This document shows, piece by piece, positions 9,700-17,828 of a DNA stretch of 64,000 bases. The stretch is from IMG/VR virus record IMGVR_UViG_3300026382_000175, positions 16,915-80,914 of that record. The stretch is one strand, 5' to 3'. Below the pieces are notes generated by a model. It saw nothing but the letters and a program-made list of their open reading frames with translations. It was not told the DNA's origin and did not search any database. Numbering within the stretch: the first letter of the stretch is position 1; each line of letters begins with the position of its first letter. Source of the DNA: a virus. A program made the translations under genes and the position numbers.

Positions 9700-9948
9700 T
9701 TAATCCTCTTTCTTAGGTTTCCTACCTCTCTTAGGTTTAAAGTCTTGCTTTACCTCTTTAGGAGAATCTTCTTTAATAGATTGAGGTTTAGGTTCTTCAG
9801 TTACTACCTTTAGTACTCCTTTAGTGAGGAGTAGTTTTACTGGAGGTAAGTTAGCTAGGTCTTTAGAGTATTGAGTAGGGAATTCGTATCTTTTGCCTCT
9901 GTAGTTTACTATGACCTTACCTTTAGCAGTAGGTTTTATAGTTTTCAT
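9700..9948 (-). CDS. small basic hypothetical protein
   Basis: 82 aa, KRGRKPK tail, SD AGGAGG. Confidence 0.7.
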   Translation of the reverse strand: MKTIKPTAKGKVIVNYRGKRYEFPTQYSKDLANLPPVKLLLTKGVLKVVTEEPKPQSIKEDSPKEVKQDFKPKRGRKPKKED

Positions 9949-9960
9949 AATTAATCCTCC

Positions 9961-10566
9961 TTAACTTACCTTACACTTTTTAAGCTTAAACTTAGGTTTT
10001 AAAGATTGAGCTTTTACTCTTTTAAGATTAGCTTTAACTATCTCAGGTAATTTACCTTTCCTTACTAGAGGTAATCTTTCTCTACGATTACCTCTTATAA
10101 CATGGTAAGACTCAGGTATTAGCTTACCAGCTAAGAATAGAGCTGATACTACAGATTTCTTAAGCCAAGTTAGAGGTTCATCCCAATCTATTCCTGCTGA
10201 TATAGTGTAGTAAGCTAGTGGAACTTCTAAATTGGTTAGGTTTACTTCTATTGGTTCATCATCTGGACTAACTACTACTGCTAAGACTTCGTTATCTACT
10301 ACTGTAAAGAATACATCTACCTCTTCCTTAGTTTCAGGATTAGTAAACCTGATTAAGAGCTCTCCTGTGTTAGGGTCAAAGGAAAGGATTTTAGGTTCTA
10401 TGTTAGAGTAGCCTAAGTAGTTGAGGTACTCTTTAAACCTGTTTTCCAACTCCTGTATGTCTAACTCTACTTCATCATAGGTTATTAAAGCTAGAGGGTT
10501 GCTAGGAATAACTCCTAGAGTAGATAAGTCTTCTAACATCTGGTTAAGTTGTTGGATTAGCTTCAT
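9961..10566 (-). CDS. putative prohead core protein
   Basis: Directly downstream of the portal gene; acidic N-terminus, basic C-terminus (VIRGNRRER). Confidence 0.5.
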   Translation of the reverse strand: MKLIQQLNQMLEDLSTLGVIPSNPLALITYDEVELDIQELENRFKEYLNYLGYSNIEPKILSFDPNTGELLIRFTNPETKEEVDVFFTVVDNEVLAVVVSPDDEPIEVNLTNLEVPLAYYTISAGIDWDEPLTWLKKSVVSALFLAGKLIPESYHVIRGNRRERLPLVRKGKLPEIVKANLKRVKAQSLKPKFKLKKCKVS

Positions 10567-12058
10567 AGTCTTGTTCCTCTCCAGGGAGTTGAATTAAGGA
10601 GTCTAAACCTATCTTACTGAGTTCGTTGTTAAGGTATTCAGCAAAACCTTCTGTGTTTACATATTGAGAAAGGTTTTCATCACTCTGTAAGTCATTAACA
10701 AACCTGTGGATGTCTGAAAGGTTTTGAGTTATGGTTACTGCGTACTCAATCTTATCTAAGTCGTCTATATTGATGATTGAGTTGGTAAACCTAATTGAAA
10801 AGTCTTCAGGAGTTACTGATATACCTTTGTTAATAAGGTGGATAAGGGTAAGCTCTCTTAATCCATCTACAATAGCTTTCTGTATGTACTTAAGCTTACG
10901 ATAGTACCTAGAGTACCTCTTTAAGATTTCATTCTTAGTACTATCTCCTGAGTTGAAAACAAGCTCAGGAGGAATACCTACACTGGTTAATATAACTTGC
11001 CTTAAGTCCTGAATTGAATCTAACAGGTTGGAGGACTCTTCAGGTTTGTAGTCCAGTTTAGTAATTTGACCTTTCTCTGAGGTAACAGGTATTACTTTTA
11101 TCCTACCAGCTCCTTTTAGGATTTCCACTATTGAGAGCTGGTCTAGGTCTTTATCTACTGATACACCTAGAGAATTAAGCTTCCTCTCTAGTTGTTTAGC
11201 AAAGTCTGAAGCTTCCTCAGGAGACATAGTAGGAGATACATATACTCCTACTACATTACCTTTAGAGAGGAGTTGAATTTGAGAAGCAGGTACTAACTTT
11301 TCTAGTAAGTCAAGTTCTTTAATCTTCTTAATAACTCCTGATGTAAAGAGAGGAGTTCCTATCTTAAGGAAGGAGGGTAGCTTCTTCCTCTCTTCCTCAC
11401 TAAAGTAAGATAAGAACCCTTTACCTAGCCTTAACCTGATTCTTCTAGCATTAACAAAGAATACTACGAAGTCTGTTGGATTATAGTAGAAGTTAGGTTT
11501 GCCTTTATCATCTAACTTGAGGTAGAACTCCAAATCAGTCCCTTTATAGAAAGGTATTACTTCATAAGGTAAATAATCATCTTTGATTTCTACTATACCT
11601 TGACCTTCCTCTATTATTGGCTTAAGAGTGTAAGAACCGAAAGCTATTAGGTCTGGAGTTATGTCCTGTACTAACCTATCTATATCAAACCTAAGTTGAA
11701 AGTCTTCTAGAGCTTTAGCTAATTCTGGATTATCAATATTAGGAGTTATCTCTATAATGTTGTCTGATGATACATCAGGAGTTAATGTATCAAAGGTAAA
11801 TTGGTCTAGGATTACTTCTGCTATATAGGTTTCTCTTACCCTCTCTATTTCCTTGTAAAACTTTTGATAATCCCTAGAAACCTCTAGGTACTTAGAAACT
11901 ACCTCTGTTATTACTTTGTAGTCTTTTTGAGTAAACTGAATTGGAGAGTTAGTTGAATTGGTTTGAGTTGGTTTGTAGTTTTCAGGTAAGTTTAGCTCTA
12001 ACCCTAAACCTGAGAGTATTTTAGATAGCAATCCCATTTTAGTTTCCTTGTCATTCAA
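10544..12058 (-). CDS. portal protein (gp20-like)
   Basis: 504 aa between terminase and protease; VGIPPELV...EILKRYSR pattern of T4-type portals. Confidence 0.8.
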   Translation of the reverse strand: MNDKETKMGLLSKILSGLGLELNLPENYKPTQTNSTNSPIQFTQKDYKVITEVVSKYLEVSRDYQKFYKEIERVRETYIAEVILDQFTFDTLTPDVSSDNIIEITPNIDNPELAKALEDFQLRFDIDRLVQDITPDLIAFGSYTLKPIIEEGQGIVEIKDDYLPYEVIPFYKGTDLEFYLKLDDKGKPNFYYNPTDFVVFFVNARRIRLRLGKGFLSYFSEEERKKLPSFLKIGTPLFTSGVIKKIKELDLLEKLVPASQIQLLSKGNVVGVYVSPTMSPEEASDFAKQLERKLNSLGVSVDKDLDQLSIVEILKGAGRIKVIPVTSEKGQITKLDYKPEESSNLLDSIQDLRQVILTSVGIPPELVFNSGDSTKNEILKRYSRYYRKLKYIQKAIVDGLRELTLIHLINKGISVTPEDFSIRFTNSIINIDDLDKIEYAVTITQNLSDIHRFVNDLQSDENLSQYVNTEGFAEYLNNELSKIGLDSLIQLPGEEQDYEANPTT

Positions 12059-12824
12059 AGGTTAAGTGTTCTATCTTTAGGTTAAAACTTCTTTTAGTAG
12101 CATTAGGTATGTTAGGTAGTTCTATCTTTACAGTACCATTCACACTGGGAGGATAGGCCTGAGCTGAACCATATCCTCCATACTCCATAGAGAAGGAAGG
12201 AACATTTATGTAGTAGGTTTTGTGGAATCTAATCCTAGAATGTTTTCTATCTATTATGTACTTTTGGTCTGCTGTTATTATGAAGTCGTGAGTGTGGCCT
12301 GTTAGGATTATATCTGCATTAGGGAAGATATTACCAAACCTGTGCAAATTGTTTATCTTACCTCCCTTTAACCTGCCTCCTCCTATTCCATGATGCAACA
12401 CTAAGTACCAAGCTGTTTTAGGTAGAGAAACTTTTAAGACTAGAAAGTCTGGAGAATAGAATCTTTCTAAGTTTAGCTTTCTCATTAAGAGGGATAGGAT
12501 ATCTAATCCTACTGATTTGGATATACGGTTCTCGTGGTTTCCACTTACTACTCCTATTATCCTATCTCTAATAGGTTTTAAGACTGAAACTGCTAACCTT
12601 ATCTCTTCATCTATTGACTTAGCCTTGTAAGGATTACCTTTACTACCTATGATAGCTGATTCTAACAAGTCTCCTAATAATACTACCCTAACATTAGGGT
12701 TAGATGTTATATAGTTAAGAACTGAGTGGATTTTGCGTAGGTTACAGGTTTCTGAACCTAAATGTAAGTCTGATAGAGGTAGGAGTTCTATTGAGTCTTG
12801 TTCTTTTATTGTTATGAACTTCAC
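12051..12824 (-). CDS. calcineurin-like metallophosphoesterase
   Basis: DLHLG, GDLLE, GNHE, GHTH motifs. Confidence 0.9.
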   Translation of the reverse strand: MKFITIKEQDSIELLPLSDLHLGSETCNLRKIHSVLNYITSNPNVRVVLLGDLLESAIIGSKGNPYKAKSIDEEIRLAVSVLKPIRDRIIGVVSGNHENRISKSVGLDILSLLMRKLNLERFYSPDFLVLKVSLPKTAWYLVLHHGIGGGRLKGGKINNLHRFGNIFPNADIILTGHTHDFIITADQKYIIDRKHSRIRFHKTYYINVPSFSMEYGGYGSAQAYPPSVNGTVKIELPNIPNATKRSFNLKIEHLTFE

Positions 12825-12840
12825 ATTCAGAACCTCTTAA

Positions 12841-14706
12841 TCAATCAAAATAGCTACCCCAAAACAGTTGAGTTAGAGTTTGGTTTTGTTGAGAGGTATT
12901 ACTTACTTCTGCTTTATGAATCCTTTGGAAAGCTAACTGTTTGATTAAATCTTTATTAGTTACTAAATTCCAATAAACTCCTACTACTGCATCAGCACCA
13001 TCTTTACTACCTTTAGTTCCATCAGGGAACTCTTGAGGGTGATCTATTTTCTTACCTATATCCTCTACATGTAATAACTCTTTAATCAGTAAGTCGTGTT
13101 TAGGTATCCAAACTCTTTCCTCATATATAGCGTCTCTGAAGGAGAGGTAAGGGTCTTTAGTTCTATCTACTGATAAGAGAGCTGTTTTATAACCCATCTG
13201 GGTTAACTGTTGCCTCATATCCTCAGACTGAAACCCATCAATAGTTACCATTGCTATTGGGTAACCTAATCTAGAAAGGTCTACTATGAATTGTCTTATC
13301 TTGTAAAATGGAATTCTCTCCCCTGGTAGAGGTTCTAAATAAGCTACGAAATCTATAACTACTTCTGGTTCAGAAAAAGAGTGTTTTTCTAAAGTTAGTG
13401 GGTCAACTCTTTCTATTGTTTTGTAGCCTTTTATGTAACCTGAAGCTATACCTGTCCTATCTCCTGTTATGGAAAGGTCTATATGAATAACTCTAGGGCA
13501 CTCTTTAAAGAGTGGGTTCTTTAGGTAGTTTATGTTGAAGTAGTTAATTAAGACATCTGATTTGTCGTTAAAGGATAATCTAATTATCTGTTGGTTAACA
13601 GGGTTAGTAACTGAAGCTTGTTTTATGAGTATGTTTTTAGTTTTGAATATCCTATGGGTTGAACCTACTGAATAACCAGCTAAGTCTCTTATGGCATTGT
13701 GTAAGTCTAACTCAAATTTATCCTTTAGCTCTATTGGAACTTCTATTACCTTAGTTTCATCTATGTATTGCAGTTGGGACTCATCTTCTATTATGAATGG
13801 ATCAGTAGTTTCATCTCCTATGAAAACCTTAAAGGTTTCACCTGAATAAATACCTAGATGTTTCTTAACTTCCCATATAGGGTATTGGAAGATTATTACT
13901 CCTTGCTTACCTCTTACCTTTTCTGCATGCTGGGAAACGAAATCAGTAGGAGATTTCTCAGAAGACACTAAGCAAAGATGTCCTGGAAGTTTGCCACCAG
14001 CTTGAGCAAACCTAGATTCCATTCTTCTAAGGAGTGCATTGTAAGACTCTTGAGCTTGGTTAGATATTACATCAAAGTTAGCTTCATCAAGTATTCCTCC
14101 AAATACAGCCATACCAAGAGTGTGGGTAAACCTAGAACCTGCTACTATACCTATGTTATTAACAAATCTGATTTCAGATGTTTTCCTATTCTCAGCATCT
14201 AAATGTTCTTGGAAGAACTCTGAGTTAGCTATTAGGTTCTTAAATGGTTCATATAAAACCTGATCAGCCAATCCTAGTGTAGCGTTGAAGAGAGCTATTA
14301 CTATCCTATCAGTAGGAATTAAGTTAAACTTTTTATGAGGATTTTCCAATAGGAGAAGTTTATAAAGATCATAAAGTGTTATAACCCTTGCTATTGAACT
14401 CTTGCCAACCCCTATCGCACCTCGCAAGATGCACTCATAATAAGGAGAGTAGAATGGGTTAGGAAAGATTGTTTTTAGAGCTTCTTTCCATAATGGGTAT
14501 ATCTTACCTCCTAAAGAAAGGCCTAAATACTTAGGATGTTCTATAAAGGTTATTATGTCTACTGGAACTTCTTTATAGCCCTCTAATTCAGCATATAGTT
14601 GGAATAAAGATTGAGGGTCATTTTGGAACTTCTCTATTAGCTTCTTTAGTATAGACCTCTCTTTAGGAGGTAAGGTTTTTAGTTTATTGATTAGTTGGTT
14701 TAGCAT
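12841..14706 (-). CDS. terL: terminase large subunit
   Basis: Walker A GAIGVGKS, Walker B ILDEANF, nuclease IHIDLS...D, C-terminal KIDHP...GSKDGADA. Confidence 0.9.
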   Translation of the reverse strand: MLNQLINKLKTLPPKERSILKKLIEKFQNDPQSLFQLYAELEGYKEVPVDIITFIEHPKYLGLSLGGKIYPLWKEALKTIFPNPFYSPYYECILRGAIGVGKSSIARVITLYDLYKLLLLENPHKKFNLIPTDRIVIALFNATLGLADQVLYEPFKNLIANSEFFQEHLDAENRKTSEIRFVNNIGIVAGSRFTHTLGMAVFGGILDEANFDVISNQAQESYNALLRRMESRFAQAGGKLPGHLCLVSSEKSPTDFVSQHAEKVRGKQGVIIFQYPIWEVKKHLGIYSGETFKVFIGDETTDPFIIEDESQLQYIDETKVIEVPIELKDKFELDLHNAIRDLAGYSVGSTHRIFKTKNILIKQASVTNPVNQQIIRLSFNDKSDVLINYFNINYLKNPLFKECPRVIHIDLSITGDRTGIASGYIKGYKTIERVDPLTLEKHSFSEPEVVIDFVAYLEPLPGERIPFYKIRQFIVDLSRLGYPIAMVTIDGFQSEDMRQQLTQMGYKTALLSVDRTKDPYLSFRDAIYEERVWIPKHDLLIKELLHVEDIGKKIDHPQEFPDGTKGSKDGADAVVGVYWNLVTNKDLIKQLAFQRIHKAEVSNTSQQNQTLTQLFWGSYFD

Positions 14707-14736
14707 TATTGAACTCTTTTAGAGTGTTATGGATTT

Positions 14737-14812
14737 GCAAGGTAGGAGAAGGGAGGACTGGGACTCCCTTTACCTGAGTGGCCAACTCAGGCTCTCCTAC
14801 CCTGCCCCAGTC
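14737..14812 (-). ncRNA. GC-rich structured element: three-way junction with pseudoknot
   Basis: 13-bp stem with one G-U pair on the minus strand, two inner hairpins, loop UCCCAGUC complementary to upstream GACUGGG. Confidence 0.6.
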
Positions 14813-14855
14813 TGATATATGGGTTGTGAGGAATAATGTTTTGAGGTTGTATTAG

Positions 14856-15335
14856 CTATACTTCTAGATGTTCTACTACTGAACTTAGTATTTCCTTTAG
14901 GGTATTTCTGGTTTCTTGATTTATCTCTAGTTGCTCTAGTATAGAAGAGTCTTCTTCAGTTTCTACTACTCTTAACTCTACTGATTGAGATAACTTAGAA
15001 AGTTCTTTTAGGATTGGTACTAAGGACTTAAGGTTATTGAATACTGAGTTATAAGCTTGAACTAATCCATTATAGAACTCTACCTGTTCTATGAAGTTAG
15101 AGAAGTTAGCGTTAGAAAGTAATTCGTCTTCTAGGGTTTCAAGTTTCTCTCCTAGTTTTATCAGACGAGACATGTACTTTTTTATCATTAACCTTGTAAA
15201 AGAAGCTACTTCTAACTTTAGGGAATCTAAGTCTGGGTCTAGTTTGAAATCCTTGGAATTACCTTCTAGGTAGTCTCTTAGAGAGGTTAGTTGTTTATCT
15301 AGTTCTGATTGAACCTTTATGTTAGGCTTTTTCAT
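14856..15335 (-). CDS. putative terminase small subunit
   Basis: 159-aa helical protein immediately upstream of terL; positional call only. Confidence 0.5.
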   Translation of the reverse strand: MKKPNIKVQSELDKQLTSLRDYLEGNSKDFKLDPDLDSLKLEVASFTRLMIKKYMSRLIKLGEKLETLEDELLSNANFSNFIEQVEFYNGLVQAYNSVFNNLKSLVPILKELSKLSQSVELRVVETEEDSSILEQLEINQETRNTLKEILSSVVEHLEV

Positions 15336-15354
15336 TAGCTACCTCTTTAAGGTT

Positions 15355-15389
15355 AAAGAAAGGGTAGAGGGTTATTTCCTCTACCCTTT
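15355..15389 (-). terminator. intrinsic terminator
   Basis: 12-bp inverted repeat AAAGGGTAGAGG/CCTCTACCCTTT with TTTCTTT tail on the minus strand. Confidence 0.85.
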
Positions 15390-15515
15390 AACTCTCCTGG
15401 TCAGGGAGGAGAGATGAGGGGGAAGGAGGTCAGAATGGAATACAAAGTAAAGAGAATAGTTCAAGAAGGGAGAGTATTATTTAGCCTTAGCTAACCTAGT
15501 TAAGGTAAGTTAACT
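15355..15515 (-). ncRNA. candidate dual-target antisense RNA (targets 44710-44731 and 25450-25494)
   Basis: 15397-15418 identical to the sigma-gene RBS/start; 15424-15465 matches the PrimPol RBS/start with only G-U-compatible substitutions; terminator downstream. Confidence 0.7.
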
Positions 15516-15535
15516 CTATTATAATAACTTGATAA

Positions 15536-15970
15536 TTATAATGGTACTTGATTAGGTAGGTTAGAAATTAAAGTTTGGATTGGATTGTTTATGTAGGAAT
15601 AGGATTTAACTATACTTTGGATTAGATTAGCTAATGAACAGTCTTGGTCAAACTGGTAGTTTATTTCGTACTTCTCATTAAACTTGGACTCATCTATTAA
15701 TAAGGAAAACTTTAGGTCTTTAGCTTTTATGTGGGTTAGGATTAGTTCTAATAAAGTAAGCATAAGGCTTCTGCTTACTTTAAGTCTTAACTTTTTATCA
15801 AACTGATAATACTTAAGAGGAATGGTTAGCATTAGTCCAGAGTTAATATCATTGGCTGTAAAGTGGTATTTAGGATAGCGTAGTGTGGAAGAGTAGGTTA
15901 GGTTTAGCAAGTAGGTTTTCCTTTTGCCCTTCTTTAATCTCCTTATGAAGTCTCTTTCTATAATCAACAT
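15536..15970 (-). CDS. hypothetical protein
   Basis: 144-aa ORF, SD AGGAG. Confidence 0.65.
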   Translation of the reverse strand: MLIIERDFIRRLKKGKRKTYLLNLTYSSTLRYPKYHFTANDINSGLMLTIPLKYYQFDKKLRLKVSRSLMLTLLELILTHIKAKDLKFSLLIDESKFNEKYEINYQFDQDCSLANLIQSIVKSYSYINNPIQTLISNLPNQVPL

Positions 15971-15983
15971 GATTAGCTCTCCT

Positions 15984-16508
15984 TTATACGTAAACTGGAG
16001 ATAAACAGTAGTTAAGGAAGAAGTCTAACCAAGTTCCTATGTAATCATTATTAACGATGTAGAAAGGTAAAGATTCAGGTCTTTTAGGTAAGTAAAGGTT
16101 TAAAAGGTTGGAGAAGTCTGGTATTCTGTTTAAGTGATCAATGTTTACTATTGCTAAGGGTCGCATGTTATTGGTAGCAAATACTATCATTGGGAATGGA
16201 AATACTCCAAAGTGTTCATAGTACTTATGAGAGGCTACTTCTAATTGGTTAACCCAATCCTTTAGTTCCGATGTAAAGGTTAGGAGTTGGTTGGCTGAAA
16301 CTCTAGAACGCTTTTTACACTCTACTATTAAGTGAGGTCTTTTTATTGTGTCTGGAGAGAATACTATGTCTGAGTAGTCAACCTGGTAAGTACCTGAAGA
16401 TAAGGCTCTGTGGCATTCATGTTTTTTAAGATTCCAACACTCTCTAAAGATTTTAGCTACCCTCTCTTCAAACTGCTTTCCCTTATTCTTAGACCTATTT
16501 CTACCCAT
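15984..16508 (-). CDS. Holliday junction resolvase (PD-(D/E)xK, Hjc-like)
   Basis: SKNKGKQFEERVAK...SDIV...IVECKK. Confidence 0.85.
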   Translation of the reverse strand: MGRNRSKNKGKQFEERVAKIFRECWNLKKHECHRALSSGTYQVDYSDIVFSPDTIKRPHLIVECKKRSRVSANQLLTFTSELKDWVNQLEVASHKYYEHFGVFPFPMIVFATNNMRPLAIVNIDHLNRIPDFSNLLNLYLPKRPESLPFYIVNNDYIGTWLDFFLNYCLSPVYV

Positions 16509-16680
16509 ACTTACTTCTCCTTATTAACCTCTTTAGAATCTTTACCAGTTTGATTTTCTCTGAATCAGTTAATAATCTCCAACCTAATCTATTGTCGTAA
16601 ACTTGAACCTTAAAACAGTTTTGGCAAAATCTGTAATACTTTGACTTGACTTTAACCTCCTCCCACTGATGGTTGCACAC
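16501..16680 (-). CDS. small zinc-ribbon-like protein (59 aa, absent from ORF track)
   Basis: GTG start with GGAG SD; MCNHQWEE...FCQNCFK; fills the nrdB-resolvase gap. Confidence 0.7.
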   Translation of the reverse strand: MCNHQWEEVKVKSKYYRFCQNCFKVQVYDNRLGWRLLTDSEKIKLVKILKRLIRRSKYG

Positions 16681-16691
16681 AATTCACTCCA

Positions 16692-17798
16692 CTAATCAAA
16701 GTTAATCTTGTCTATATCTTCTTCACTTACAGGTATGTGAGCATAATCAATAGCTCCAGTTTCAAAGAAAGAGGTTTTGTCTTGAGTTAAGAGTTTTTCT
16801 ATATCCTCAAATGGATTTCTGTTAACATCAAATATCGGAGATATGCCTAATAAGGCTAACCTTTGGTTAGTTAAGGTTTGAATGTAGTCTTTAATGTTCT
16901 GTTCAGTCATTAATGGAACTTCTCCTGCTACTGAATTAGTATAAAATTCAATATCTGCTTCTGCACTCCTACCAAATATCTCTTTAATTTCTTCTTCGTT
17001 GTAGTAATATCCTCTATCCCTCCACTCTTTTAGAATGTAAGTAAATAGAGGAATATGGAGAACTTCATCCTTTCTGATCTGGGTTATCTGTTGATTAGAG
17101 CCTTGAAGAATGCCCAATTTATAAGCAAAAATATGGAAAGTATTAAATCCTGTAAAGAACACTACTCCTTCAATAGCTAAATCGTTTACCATAGCTCTAA
17201 AAACAGCTCTTTGGAGAGTTTCTTGTCTGTAAGAAAGTTGATTTAGATTATTCTCATCTACTATTCCTCTGTTAACTAAATCATTAAGAGCTTGAAAATC
17301 CCTAGTTATAGCGTAATTCCTCTTAAGAAGAGGTTCAAAATGCTTGAACTTGTAGTAAACCTCATTAATCTTCTTGTCATCTTCCCCAAACACTGATTTA
17401 AGTATATACTGGTAAGACTCTCTGTGAAGGGATTCAATAGCTGTATGCCAATAGAGAGCTGTTTTTATTTCCTCATCAGCCATTACTCTTAACAGTGTTG
17501 AAGTATTATTAGGAACTATTGAGTCTAGGAGAATTAGAAAGGATATAACATACTCAAAGGTATCCTTTATACCTTTAGGTAAGTCATCAAACTGCTTTTT
17601 GTCCTCAGACATAGATATTTCCTCTGGTCTCCAAAGAATAGACATAGCTTGCTTAATCCACTCTATTGCATAAGAGTGTTTGTTCAGGTTGAGGTTGGCT
17701 AGTCCTGTAGACTTTTCTACTACTTCATCAGTCCAGATTAATTCACTGAAGTTGTCATTACCATTTGGATTAAACACTTGAGGAAACCTACTTACCAT
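16692..17798 (-). CDS. nrdB: ribonucleotide reductase class I beta subunit
   Basis: WRPEEI, ESLHRESY (radical Tyr), EGVVF, DEVLH dimetal ligands. Confidence 0.95.
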   Translation of the reverse strand: MVSRFPQVFNPNGNDNFSELIWTDEVVEKSTGLANLNLNKHSYAIEWIKQAMSILWRPEEISMSEDKKQFDDLPKGIKDTFEYVISFLILLDSIVPNNTSTLLRVMADEEIKTALYWHTAIESLHRESYQYILKSVFGEDDKKINEVYYKFKHFEPLLKRNYAITRDFQALNDLVNRGIVDENNLNQLSYRQETLQRAVFRAMVNDLAIEGVVFFTGFNTFHIFAYKLGILQGSNQQITQIRKDEVLHIPLFTYILKEWRDRGYYYNEEEIKEIFGRSAEADIEFYTNSVAGEVPLMTEQNIKDYIQTLTNQRLALLGISPIFDVNRNPFEDIEKLLTQDKTSFFETGAIDYAHIPVSEEDIDKINFD

Positions 17799-17828
17799 CT
17801 TTTCTAACCTCCTTAGTAGAGTAGTATA

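Noticed and set aside
1732-14202. Plus-strand ORFs opposite head genes (1732, 3023, 3742, 4252, 4851, 5477, 5834, 13978)
   Set aside because: Ser/Leu-rich shadow frames of real minus-strand genes, without RBS
14737-14812. tRNA, hammerhead or HDV ribozyme
   Set aside because: No cloverleaf or T-loop, no CUGAnGA/GAAA core, and the topology differs from the HDV nested double pseudoknot
15435-15465. DGR template/variable repeat pair with 25464-25494 (most mismatches at A)
   Set aside because: Only 31 bp, changes are exclusively transitions, target is a gene start, and no reverse transcriptase is present in the window
15414-15494. Plus-strand mini-ORF (MRGKEVR)MEYKVKRIVQEGRVLFSLS with strong SD, similar to the PrimPol N-terminus
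   Set aside because: Antisense to its surroundings with no evident plus-strand promoter; better explained as the DNA image of an antisense RNA, though not fully excluded
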